Shown in pieces: positions 28,831 to 37,297 of a DNA stretch of 64,000 bases. Location: NCBI GenBank assembly GCA_015233335.1, contig JADFXX010000004.1, positions 15,237 through 79,236 on the forward strand, read 5' to 3'. Position 1 is the stretch's first letter; each line of letters opens with the position of its first letter. The position numbers were made by a program, and so were the translations under genes. The DNA is from Candidatus Omnitrophota bacterium (GTDB lineage Bacteria > Omnitrophota > Gorgyraeia > Zapsychrales > Fredricksoniimonadaceae). Below the pieces are notes generated by a model. That model did not search any database and was not told the origin of the DNA. It saw nothing but the letters and a program-made list of their open reading frames with translations.

Positions 28831-30279
28831 TCATTGCTCCGGTTTAAGCAGGGGGAATAGGATCACATCTCTGATCGATGCTGAATCGGTCAGGAGCATC
28901 ACCAAGCGGTCAATACCGATTCCAAGACCACCCGCCGGCGGCATTCCGTACTCCAAGGCCCTCACAAAATCCTCATCGATGGTGCGGTTGCCGGTCTCCG
29001 TATCATCATCCAAATCTGCCACTAAACGCTGATACTGCTCTTGAGGATCATTAAGCTCAGAATAAGCATTGCCCACCTCCATCCCCGCGATAAAGAATTC
29101 GAACCGCTGGGCCACTGCAGGATTGTCAGGCTTGGCCTTAGCCAAGGGAGAGAGGAACGTGAAATAATCCAGCATAAACACCGGATTAGCCGTTGCTTTT
29201 TCGTCCAGAACTTCCTCGACAATCTTCATGATCGCGGAACGCGTCAGACGCTCAATGTTAATATGCCCGTGCCTCCTGCGCTTGACTTTCTCAAGCATCT
29301 GCTCTGCAGAGTCCTGGGGGTCAATATCAAAATTCTCTTTGACCACTTTTGCAAAAGAACGGCGCTCCCAAGGTGTCGTAAAATCAATGTCCCGGCCCTG
29401 ATAATTAATTTTATAGGTGCCGTACATTTTAAATACCAAAGAGCTGATCAGCTCCTCGGTTAACTGCATCATGTCCTCAAAATTGCCGTACGACTGATAA
29501 ACCTCAAGCATGGTAAATTCCGGGTTGTGGCGCGTTGAGATCCCTTCATTACGAAAATTACGATTGATCTCATAGACACGCTCAAGGCCTCCGACCAGCA
29601 GACGTTTCAAATAAAGCTCAGGGGCAATGCGCAAAAACACATCCATATCCAAGGCATTGTGTCTGGACTTAAACGGCTTACCGCGCGCCCCGCCCGCCAT
29701 GGGCTGTAACATGGGAGTTTCCACTTCCAGGAACCCTTTTTTGTCGAGGAATGAACGCACGTAAGATATCATGTGGCTGCGCTTGATAAATACTTCCCGG
29801 ACCTCGGGGTTTGCGATCAAATCCACATAACGCTGGCGGTAACGGATATCCACATCTTTTAGGCCGTGCCATTTTTCCGGCATGGTCTGTAAAGACTTAG
29901 AAAGCACGTGATATTTGGCGACCCGGATACTATTCTGCCCGGTTTTAGTCGTAAATGTTTCCCCTTCAACTCCGATAATATCCCCTAAATCCAAGCACTT
30001 GAGCGTCTCGTAAGCATCTTGCCCGATATTATCTGCTTTAATAAAAAGCTGCATACGCCCAGTCTGGTCCATCAGATCCATAAAATGCACCTTGCCCTGG
30101 TCCCGGTTGGCCATGATGCGGCCGGCTGTCACCACAGAAAGCCCCTCTTTAAAATCTTTCAAGATTTCAGCAATCGAATGGGAACGTATAAAACGCTGGG
30201 CATACGCATCAATCCCTTTGGCCTTTAGCGCATCTAACTTCTTTATCCTAACACTTTTATTTTCATCAACTTCCATCAT
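28831..30279 (-). CDS. lysS: Lysine--tRNA ligase (class II)
   Basis: 482 aa. OB-fold N-domain and class II motifs (…FRNEGISTRHNPEFTMLE… and …GLGIGIDRLVMLL…). Confidence 0.95.
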   Translation of the reverse strand: MMEVDENKSVRIKKLDALKAKGIDAYAQRFIRSHSIAEILKDFKEGLSVVTAGRIMANRDQGKVHFMDLMDQTGRMQLFIKADNIGQDAYETLKCLDLGDIIGVEGETFTTKTGQNSIRVAKYHVLSKSLQTMPEKWHGLKDVDIRYRQRYVDLIANPEVREVFIKRSHMISYVRSFLDKKGFLEVETPMLQPMAGGARGKPFKSRHNALDMDVFLRIAPELYLKRLLVGGLERVYEINRNFRNEGISTRHNPEFTMLEVYQSYGNFEDMMQLTEELISSLVFKMYGTYKINYQGRDIDFTTPWERRSFAKVVKENFDIDPQDSAEQMLEKVKRRRHGHINIERLTRSAIMKIVEEVLDEKATANPVFMLDYFTFLSPLAKAKPDNPAVAQRFEFFIAGMEVGNAYSELNDPQEQYQRLVADLDDDTETGNRTIDEDFVRALEYGMPPAGGLGIGIDRLVMLLTDSASIRDVILFPLLKPEQ

Positions 30280-30336
30280 TTACCGCCTTTTTTTAATTCT
30301 TTAAAATATATAAAAAAGATATTAGTTAGAAAAGTT

Positions 30337-30365
30337 ATTATATAGAAATACGACAAGGAAGTCAA
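30337..30365 (-). promoter_or_regulatory. Sigma70-type promoter for lysS-lolCE-lolD
   Basis: Minus strand reads TTGACT (30365-30360), a 17-nt spacer, then TATAAT (30342-30337). It sits in an AT-rich spacer about 58 nt upstream of the lysS ATG. Confidence 0.55.
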
Positions 30366-30452
30366 CCTACAACCCTTTCGCCCATGAGCCTCTTTTTTAC
30401 AAAGCCAAGAACAGGGAATTCTGAAATCGAGGGCTTGGAGGTGCTAGTGTAG

Positions 30453-30621
30453 GGATGAACAGCTATTATGTATGCGGCACATTAAGGAATTTTTCGCCAA
30501 AAGTCTTCTTAATTTTACTGCAAGAATGTTCCAAATAAAGAGAATCTTTAGAGCATTGTTGCCGTAAATTTAAGAAGACGGCGAAAATATTCCGTGCCGC
30601 ATACATAATAGCTGTTCATCC
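30453..30621. repeat. 169-nt near-perfect hairpin element (element C) immediately 3' of recQ
   Basis: 28-bp perfect terminal stem (30453-30480/30594-30621). Then a 13-bp and a 14-position stem separated by attaa and aaaa bulges. The roughly 49-nt centre is itself partly self-complementary. Confidence 0.75.
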
Positions 30622-30642
30622 ATCGCTAGTTTCGCAAGGGCG

Positions 30643-32490
30643 CTATAAACTATGCGTACGGCAATACTCTGTGATTTCTTTTATGAATAGGGGGCCAAAT
30701 TGTTCTAGTTTTTTATGCCCTACACCGGTGATATTCAAAAAACTTGCCCTATCCCTTGGATAATCATGTGCCATTTGGCGAAGGGCCGTGTCTGCGAAAA
30801 TTACAAAGGGCGGCACACCGCGTGAGATTGCCAGTTGTTTGCGCAGCTGCCTTAAATCCTCAAAAAGACCCTCATCATAATTCTCCTCAATATCTCTTGA
30901 GACGGATTTTTTTGCCGATTTATCTTTACTTAAGGCCTCCTTTCCTGAAGGCCTCAGTTGCGGCAGCATCAGGCGATTGTGAGCATTTAAAGATACAATG
31001 CCCGTCGGTGTTAATTCAATCACCGGATACTCCCCGGATGTTCTTATCAATAAATTCTTTTCGATCAGAAGCCCTATAATCTCTTTTAACTGGACCGCGC
31101 TATATGATTGTCCCCGACCATAAACAGGCAGGCTGTCATGTTTAAATCCGAGGATCCTGGCATTGCGTGAGGCGCGTAAAAGGTCAATAACATATTGTGT
31201 GCCAAACCGCCCCCCCAGCGCAGAAACGCATTCCAAAATTAGCCGTCCAATATCAGTCGCATCAAATTCATCTTTGCAACGAATACAACGGTCGCAATGC
31301 CCGCAATTTTCTTGTGCATACTGCTCCCCAAAGTATTCAAGCAAGAATTTCCTGCGGCATTTAAAACCTTCACAAAAATCAACCATCAGCTTTAACTTGT
31401 CTTTTGCACGCTGACGCTCGAAGAGATCTACGATCTGATCGATAAAATAGTCCTGCTTAAACTTGTCCCCATACGAATAAAATAAAACACAATCTGCCGC
31501 AAGGCCGTCACGGCCGGCCCTGCCGGTTTCCTGATAATATCCTTCAATCGACCGCGGCAGGCAAAAATGCACGACTAAACGGATATCCGGTTTATCAATG
31601 CCCATGCCAAAGGCGATCGTCGCGGTGATAATCGGGGTTTCATCTTTGATAAAACGGTCCTGGACATCATGCCTCTGTTTGGCTTCAAGGCCGGCATGAT
31701 AGGCCTCTGCCTTAAAGCCCCTGGCACACAATTTTGCGGACAAATCCTCTGTGTCTTTACGTGAATAACAATAAATAATGGACGAGCGGCCTTTGTGTTG
31801 AGAGGATTCCAATAAAACTAAAAGTTCACCAAAAGCATTGTCTTTGGGCCTTATATCGTAATGAAGGTTAGGACGGTTGAAACTGGAAAGAAACGTGCGA
31901 TGAGCTTTTAAACCTAGATATTGGATGATGTCTCGACGGACTTTAGGAGTGGCGGTAGCCGTAAGTGCCACTACACCGATGCTGGGAAAATCTTCCCGCA
32001 AGTCATTGAGATTTAGATACTCGGGGCGAAAATCATGCCCCCATTGAGATATGCAATGGGCCTCATCAACCGCAATCAAACTGACCTGAAGGCCCCTTAA
32101 GAATTCCCGAAATCCTTCGACGGCCAATCGCTCAGGGGCAACATAAAGGATCTTGATCTCTTTGCACCTCAAACGGGCCTCAATGGCCCCTATCTCTACC
32201 GCCGTGAGACTGCTGTTTAAAAGCTCTGCGGCAACACCATTGGCCTTAAGCCCGTCCACCTGGTCCTTCATAAGCGCTATCAGAGGAGAAATAACGAGCG
32301 TGATCCCCTCCAATACCAACGCCGGCAGCTGATAGCAAAGAGACTTTCCGCCTCCGGTCGGCATCAGGACCAAAGCATCTTGACCCGAAAGGACATGTCG
32401 GATAATTCCTTCCTGAAAGGGCAAAAAACACTCAAAGCCGAAATAATCTTTCAGCAGTTTGGACAGGGACTTGTCAGTTTCCTGAATAAT
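30643..32490 (-). CDS. recQ: ATP-dependent DNA helicase RecQ
   Basis: The track ORF (TTG at 32424) starts inside helicase motif 0. The frame stays open to 32505 and encodes ...KLLKDYFGFECFLPFQEGII. Has DEAH (VDEAH), RQC zinc cluster and HRDC regions. The start at AUU 32490 is proposed, see findings. Confidence 0.85.
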   Translation of the reverse strand: MIQETDKSLSKLLKDYFGFECFLPFQEGIIRHVLSGQDALVLMPTGGGKSLCYQLPALVLEGITLVISPLIALMKDQVDGLKANGVAAELLNSSLTAVEIGAIEARLRCKEIKILYVAPERLAVEGFREFLRGLQVSLIAVDEAHCISQWGHDFRPEYLNLNDLREDFPSIGVVALTATATPKVRRDIIQYLGLKAHRTFLSSFNRPNLHYDIRPKDNAFGELLVLLESSQHKGRSSIIYCYSRKDTEDLSAKLCARGFKAEAYHAGLEAKQRHDVQDRFIKDETPIITATIAFGMGIDKPDIRLVVHFCLPRSIEGYYQETGRAGRDGLAADCVLFYSYGDKFKQDYFIDQIVDLFERQRAKDKLKLMVDFCEGFKCRRKFLLEYFGEQYAQENCGHCDRCIRCKDEFDATDIGRLILECVSALGGRFGTQYVIDLLRASRNARILGFKHDSLPVYGRGQSYSAVQLKEIIGLLIEKNLLIRTSGEYPVIELTPTGIVSLNAHNRLMLPQLRPSGKEALSKDKSAKKSVSRDIEENYDEGLFEDLRQLRKQLAISRGVPPFVIFADTALRQMAHDYPRDRASFLNITGVGHKKLEQFGPLFIKEITEYCRTHSL

Positions 32491-32491
32491 C

Positions 32492-32920
32492 TTATTCCTC
32501 CCAGGCTATGTCTTCGCCGGGTGCAGCCGCGGCTGTTCGAGTTTCTGGCGATTGGTCGCCAGCAGATACTGACGGATCAGGCTCTGGGGAATTATTCTGC
32601 CTTTTGGGCATAAAATGAACGGCATTCGCAGAGATCCTTACACGGCTCTGGGTTTTACCGTCCTTTTCCCACCGGTCCTGCCGAAGACGCCCTTCCACAA
32701 TGATACCGCTGCCCTTAGTCAGATATTTGGCACAATTTTCCGCAGCAGCCCCCCAAACCTCAACATCAAAATAGGAAACTTCCGTTACTTTTTCGCTGTT
32801 TTTGGTGTAGACGCGATTGTTGGCAATTGAGATACTGCACACGGCTTTACCGGAAGGAGTATATTTCATTTCCGGATCCCGCGTCAAATTGCCCATAATG
32901 TTGACACTGTTTAAACTCAT
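32492..32920 (-). CDS. ssb: Single-stranded DNA-binding protein
   Basis: 142 aa. OB fold (MSLNSVNIMGNLTRDPEMKYTPSG...) and an acidic C-terminal tip DIAWEE. Confidence 0.95.
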   Translation of the reverse strand: MSLNSVNIMGNLTRDPEMKYTPSGKAVCSISIANNRVYTKNSEKVTEVSYFDVEVWGAAAENCAKYLTKGSGIIVEGRLRQDRWEKDGKTQSRVRISANAVHFMPKRQNNSPEPDPSVSAGDQSPETRTAAAAPGEDIAWEE

Positions 32921-33023
32921 AAATAGTCCTTTCGTTGAATAAAACTGAGTTATGAAACCTTAGACCCTCTGGAGGATTAGATTAATTGAAAAATATTTCA
33001 TCGGTGGGGAACCAATTTGCTTG

Positions 33024-33051
33024 ATTATAACACTGTTTAACTTACAGGCAA
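33024..33051 (-). promoter_or_regulatory. Sigma70-type extended -10 promoter for ssb-recQ
   Basis: Minus strand reads TTGCCT (33051-33046), a 16-nt spacer ending in TGT, then TATAAT (33029-33024), giving a TGnTATAAT motif. Confidence 0.5.
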
Positions 33052-33063
33052 GATTTATCTAGG

Positions 33064-34416
33064 TCACTGAACAATCTCAATGTCCCTACGCATAAATGTA
33101 ACTTGTTTTCTGTCTTCAAGAATATGGCCTGTTTTGGGCCCCGCCACATAGTATAGGTAAAAATGATCTGCTAACAGGACGGGAGATGAAGATTTCTCAT
33201 CAGCGACGAGTGCGGGATAGTTCAGGAATCCACCGGCATTTTCGGCGATTCGGATGCGGTTAGACCAATGTATTAAATCATCTGAAAGTCGTAAATAAAC
33301 CGTGTCCTGATTAACCATATAACTTAACATGAACAGCTTTATGTGGCTGTTATAAACTAAACGCGGATGCGCGAAATATCCCCCTCCGGATATTTTATTA
33401 AACAAAAGGGTGGATCGGCCACCGATTGCCGGCTCTGTGAAATAGTTTCCTTTAGAAGAATCAGCCCCATCGGGCAGGTAATATTTTTTAAATACCGGGA
33501 CCTTCTGGGCCGCTATCGCCGCATAAACATCCTTTTTGAGGGCCCTTGCAAGGCCAAAACCGTAGTCTTCCTCATTCCAGGAATTGCGCTCGCCAAACAT
33601 CACATACAAATAGGGCTCCTGCTTGCCCTCCTCATTGATGTGATGACCTCCCCTATCCGCCTCAATCCATGAAATAGTTCCGCTATCCAGAACCCCTTCG
33701 TTATTTTTCGCAAAATAATCTTCTCTGCCCATATGCGCAGATAAAATTTCCCCCAACTTCATCATGTGATTCCCAATTTGGCTGCCAAAAGATTGAGGAT
33801 CAATCGCTATACCAGCGCTGGCATAGGACGAGAATTTTTTATGATGGACTTTGCCGTCATCAAATAGATCCTGATGATACTCGCCGTGGTAAAGATGAAC
33901 CAAAACAGGCTTCCCGTTAATATCAATAATATAGGTCGACCCCCCTCCGGCATAGTCGCGGTCAAAATTTCTCCCATCTGGCGATGGTTGTAATCGACCG
34001 GGCTTTAAGGATGGGAATATCTTGCCTTCGAAATCGACCACCGGAGAGATCTTATCCAGGGTGCCTTCGAATTTATAGGTTCCCTGATGCCTTGTCTTGT
34101 AAAGCTTGCTTGGACCTCTTTTTTCGACACTCTCCGTAATATCCACAACATTAGATGGGCCAAAAAAGAAATACTTGCTTTCACCCACCCTTACAACCCC
34201 CACAGGTTCGTCAGGGAAGTTCATCATATGAAAATTCTCCCTGTCTGCAGGAGTGAAAACAGCTATAGGATTGGAACTTTTAAATTTCCAAACAACTCCC
34301 GCGGCATGATCCTCAAAGACGCTTTGATCGCCACTGGATTGGGCAAAAACAGAAGGAACGTTGATGAAAACAAAGAAAATGATAAAAAGTACGGTTTTGT
34401 GTTTTGGTTTTAACAT
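33064..34416 (-). CDS. Hypothetical secreted protein (450 aa), family not recognised
   Basis: Long ORF with a clear signal peptide (MLKPKHKTVLFIIFFVFINVPSVFAQS). Composition is richer in AT than the flanking core genes. No motif I can name. Confidence 0.6.
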   Translation of the reverse strand: MLKPKHKTVLFIIFFVFINVPSVFAQSSGDQSVFEDHAAGVVWKFKSSNPIAVFTPADRENFHMMNFPDEPVGVVRVGESKYFFFGPSNVVDITESVEKRGPSKLYKTRHQGTYKFEGTLDKISPVVDFEGKIFPSLKPGRLQPSPDGRNFDRDYAGGGSTYIIDINGKPVLVHLYHGEYHQDLFDDGKVHHKKFSSYASAGIAIDPQSFGSQIGNHMMKLGEILSAHMGREDYFAKNNEGVLDSGTISWIEADRGGHHINEEGKQEPYLYVMFGERNSWNEEDYGFGLARALKKDVYAAIAAQKVPVFKKYYLPDGADSSKGNYFTEPAIGGRSTLLFNKISGGGYFAHPRLVYNSHIKLFMLSYMVNQDTVYLRLSDDLIHWSNRIRIAENAGGFLNYPALVADEKSSSPVLLADHFYLYYVAGPKTGHILEDRKQVTFMRRDIEIVQ

Positions 34417-34425
34417 AATCTTCCT

Positions 34426-34845
34426 TTAGGCATTGAGCCGGTACCAATATTTCAGCTTTTTCTTCTTTATTTTAATTTGTTTATTCTTATAGTTGTTTAA
34501 CTGGCCAATGAAATCCCAGAATTCTCTTTCAGAGAGGTCTGATTTCATTTCATTGAACAATGCGCTTGTCAGTACGATTTTGTTGGGGTTATTGGGTATC
34601 CAGTGGTCAAATACACAGAACCATGGGCTTTTTCGATCTCCCATTTCAAGAGGCATTTGAGTGTAATAACACACATAGCCGTTCTTGCGCACATACGTCC
34701 AAATATCGCTGCGGATCTGGGGTGATAATCTTTCGTCTGACATCCGGGCGCTAAAATGAGAACATGTCCTGCAATATATTTATTTAATTGAAAAACCCGG
34801 CTTCCCGCAAATACAACATTTCTTGATCTGATTTCGTTGCATCAT
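34426..34845 (-). pseudogene. HNH-like zinc-ribbon protein interrupted by an in-frame TAA (34780-34782); the downstream part is track ORF 34426..34743
   Basis: ATG 34845 is preceded by AAGGAG. In-frame reading gives MMQRNQIKKCCICGKPGFSIK*IYCRTCSHFSARMSDERL... The downstream part carries an HNH-like FDHWIP...N...NEMK motif. No SD precedes ATG 34743. Confidence 0.45.
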
Positions 34846-34870
34846 GACTCCTTTTTAGAAAGGTAAATAA

Positions 34871-34901
34871 AAAAGCCTTCCATGCTCTGGAAGGCTTTTT
34901 T
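34871..34901 (-). terminator. Rho-independent terminator closing the ribosomal-protein/rpoA/rplQ cluster
   Basis: Minus strand reads AAAAAAGCCUUCCAGAGCAUGGAAGGCUUUUU. It has a GC-rich 8-9 bp stem, a short loop and a U-tract, with A/T runs on both sides so it may be bidirectional. Confidence 0.8.
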
Positions 34902-34906
34902 AAAAT

Positions 34907-34932
34907 TGCTTCGCTTCGCTCGCAAGGACACG
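34907..34932 (-). repeat. Short G.A-hairpin motif, copy H1 (3' of rplQ)
   Basis: Minus strand reads CGUGUCCUUGCGAGCGAAGCGAAGCAA. Related to 46401-46429 and to the AUCCUGAG...CGAAGGAU hairpins. Confidence 0.5.
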
Positions 34933-34941
34933 AGCATTAAA

Positions 34942-35520
34942 CTACTCCCCGCCGGTTTTGCGTTGAAACAACTTTCTGACTCCGGTTGGTTTTGCCGCCG
35001 CTTTTGGCGTCGTTTTCACATCGGCCTTGGAATGCGCTGTTGTTTCTGCCGCGCCTGCTGTGGGGGCCACTGGCTTGGTTTCTGCCTCTGACACTTTGGA
35101 GGTATCCCCTGCCTCCTTGGCCGCCTTAACACGCTTTTGACCTGAAATAATCGTCCGGCTCTTCTCGGTCAATTCCAGAAAAACTAAAGCGGCGTTGTCC
35201 CCTAAACGCTTAGCATACGGAATAATGCGCGTATAGCCCCCGGTGCGGGATTTAAAACGAGGCGCTGTTTGTGAAAAAAGCCGGGAAACAATATGATGAT
35301 CGCACAGGATCGCGAATGCACGACGACGCGCGGCCAGTGTATCTGTTTTTCCCAAGGTGATCAATTTTTCGATTAGCTTCCTGGCCTCTTTCGCTTTAGC
35401 GACGGTTGTGCAAATACGCTCTTGCAAAAATACCGATCTGGCCATATCACGTAAAGTCGCTTTTCTTAAACTTTGATTACGGCTTAAACGATTGCCGGCC
35501 TTCGCGTGTCTCATGGTCAA
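34942..35520 (-). CDS. rplQ: 50S ribosomal protein L17 (with long C-terminal extension)
   Basis: MTMRHAKAGNRLSRNQSLRKATLRDMA... The last roughly 65 aa are an Ala/Lys/Thr-rich tail. Confidence 0.95.
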   Translation of the reverse strand: MTMRHAKAGNRLSRNQSLRKATLRDMARSVFLQERICTTVAKAKEARKLIEKLITLGKTDTLAARRRAFAILCDHHIVSRLFSQTAPRFKSRTGGYTRIIPYAKRLGDNAALVFLELTEKSRTIISGQKRVKAAKEAGDTSKVSEAETKPVAPTAGAAETTAHSKADVKTTPKAAAKPTGVRKLFQRKTGGE

Positions 35521-35533
35521 TTGCTCCTATATT

Positions 35534-35562
35534 AGATCCTTCGGCTGTGGCCTCAGGATGCC
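35534..35562 (-). repeat. Short G.A-hairpin motif, copy H2 (rpoA-rplQ junction)
   Basis: Minus strand reads GGCAUCCUGAGGCCACAGCCGAAGGAUCU. The stem AUCC/GGAU, a UGA/GAA internal step and GG/CC form the hairpin. Confidence 0.55.
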
Positions 35563-35580
35563 GCTGACATTACGCCAGGG

Positions 35581-36570
35581 TCACTTTGTCCTTAATTTCT
35601 TGGTATCGACTTTCATACCCAAATTTAAGCCCATGGCTTTAAGGATATCCTGAATTTCTGTTAAAGATTTTTTGCCGAAATTACGGAACTCCAGCAGTTC
35701 GGGCTCCTGACGGCGTACCAGATCGCCAATGGTTTTGATATTGGCATCTTTAAGGCAATTGGAAGAACGTACGGATAATTCCAGCTCTGAAATCGGCAGG
35801 CGTAACTTGGTATACAAAGCCTCTTCCTCGGCAGAAACCTCTTCTTCCTGTTCTTCTTCCTCGGGTAATTGGCCGTAGGCTACAAATACATCCAGATGCC
35901 TTTGTAAAATATTGGCCCCGTATAATAATGCTTCTTTGGGGTTGACCGCTCCATTAGTAAAAATTTCAACAAGCAGCCGGTCATAATCCGTGCGTTGGCC
36001 GACACGGGTGTTTTCAACGGTAAAATTAACTTTGATGATCGGAGTAAAAATAGAATCTACAACGATCGTCCCGACCGCAGACCCTTCTTTCTTGTTCTGC
36101 TCGGCCGGCACATAACCGCGGCCGCGGGAAATCTCCAGTTCCATATTAAAGGGAATATCCTGGGTCAGTGTCAATAAATGATGGTCCGGATTTAAAATCT
36201 CCACGATCTCATCAGAAATAATGTCACGGGCCTTGATCTCGCCCTTACTGTTAGCCTTGATATACACCGTCTTGGGGGTCTTGGAATGAGAACGGACGAC
36301 CAACCCTTTGATATTAAGGATAATTTCTGTCACTGACTCTAAAACACCGGAGAGTGTGGAAAATTCATGCGACACGCCTTCAATACGAATGGAAGATACT
36401 GCACTGCCTTCGATGGACGAGAGAAGAATCCTGCGTAAAGAATTGCCTAAAGTTACGCCATATCCGCGCTCAAAAGGCTCAGCTACGAATTTACCATAGG
36501 TGTTGGTATAACTGGTTTCTTCGCAGTCTAAACGTTTCGGCATTTGAAAATCGCGCCATTTGACACCCAT
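35581..36570 (-). CDS. rpoA: DNA-directed RNA polymerase subunit alpha
   Basis: 329 aa. ...YGKFVAEPFERGYGVTLGNSLRRILLSSI... Confidence 0.95.
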   Translation of the reverse strand: MGVKWRDFQMPKRLDCEETSYTNTYGKFVAEPFERGYGVTLGNSLRRILLSSIEGSAVSSIRIEGVSHEFSTLSGVLESVTEIILNIKGLVVRSHSKTPKTVYIKANSKGEIKARDIISDEIVEILNPDHHLLTLTQDIPFNMELEISRGRGYVPAEQNKKEGSAVGTIVVDSIFTPIIKVNFTVENTRVGQRTDYDRLLVEIFTNGAVNPKEALLYGANILQRHLDVFVAYGQLPEEEEQEEEVSAEEEALYTKLRLPISELELSVRSSNCLKDANIKTIGDLVRRQEPELLEFRNFGKKSLTEIQDILKAMGLNLGMKVDTKKLRTK

Positions 36571-36638
36571 AAGACTCTCCTTGCTGTTTTATGTCCCCAC
36601 CCGGCGGTCAAACCGGGGGTCATACGAGTTAATAAGAA

Positions 36639-37265
36639 TTATCTGGAATAAAGCTCGACAACGAGCTGTTCGTTGACCGTAAATGTCACATCTTCACGCG
36701 TTGGCATTCGCACAACTTTGAGAGTTAAATTCGCGGCATCCACTTCTAACCAGCCCGGAATTTTACGTTCTTTCGCTATTTCCGCATTCGCCTTGACACT
36801 GGCCTTGGCCTTATCATCTGTTTTGATTTCAACGATATCATTGGGTTTAACCAAAAAAGATGCAATGTTGACCCTACGGCCATTGACCGACACATGATTG
36901 TGAGAAACAATCTGGCGGCCATCGGTACGGGATTTTGCAAAACCACAGTTAAAAAGAACACTGTCCAAACGACGTTCCAAAAGTTGTAAAAGAATATGGC
37001 CGGTCACACCTTTGGTCGCAGTTGCTTTCAAGAAATAATTACGGAACTGCGTTTCCAAAATACCGTATATGCGCTTGATCTTTTGTTTTTCACGTAATTG
37101 AACACCGAAGTTGGAAAGCTTGCCCTTTTTTAAACCATGCTGGCCCGGAGCGTATTCACGACGGGACACCGCGCATCTGTGCGTATAACAACGTGCGCCT
37201 TTCAAAAAGAGTTTCTCACCTTCACGACGGCAAAGACGACAATCTGGCCCTAAATCACGCCCCAT
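36639..37265 (-). CDS. rpsD: 30S ribosomal protein S4
   Basis: The track ORF is trimmed to ATG 37265 (MGRDLGPDCRLCRREGEKLFLKGARC...) to remove the overlap with rpsK. Confidence 0.95.
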   Translation of the reverse strand: MGRDLGPDCRLCRREGEKLFLKGARCYTHRCAVSRREYAPGQHGLKKGKLSNFGVQLREKQKIKRIYGILETQFRNYFLKATATKGVTGHILLQLLERRLDSVLFNCGFAKSRTDGRQIVSHNHVSVNGRRVNIASFLVKPNDIVEIKTDDKAKASVKANAEIAKERKIPGWLEVDAANLTLKVVRMPTREDVTFTVNEQLVVELYSR

Positions 37266-37297
37266 ATTATTTAATATCCTTTCACTAAAATACTGTC

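Noticed and set aside
33033-33047. CTGT-N7-ACAG in the ssb promoter, reminiscent of an E. coli-type LexA box
   Set aside because: The spacing is 7, not 8. Only the 4-nt ends are palindromic, and no lexA gene or second box is evident. A chance match is likely.
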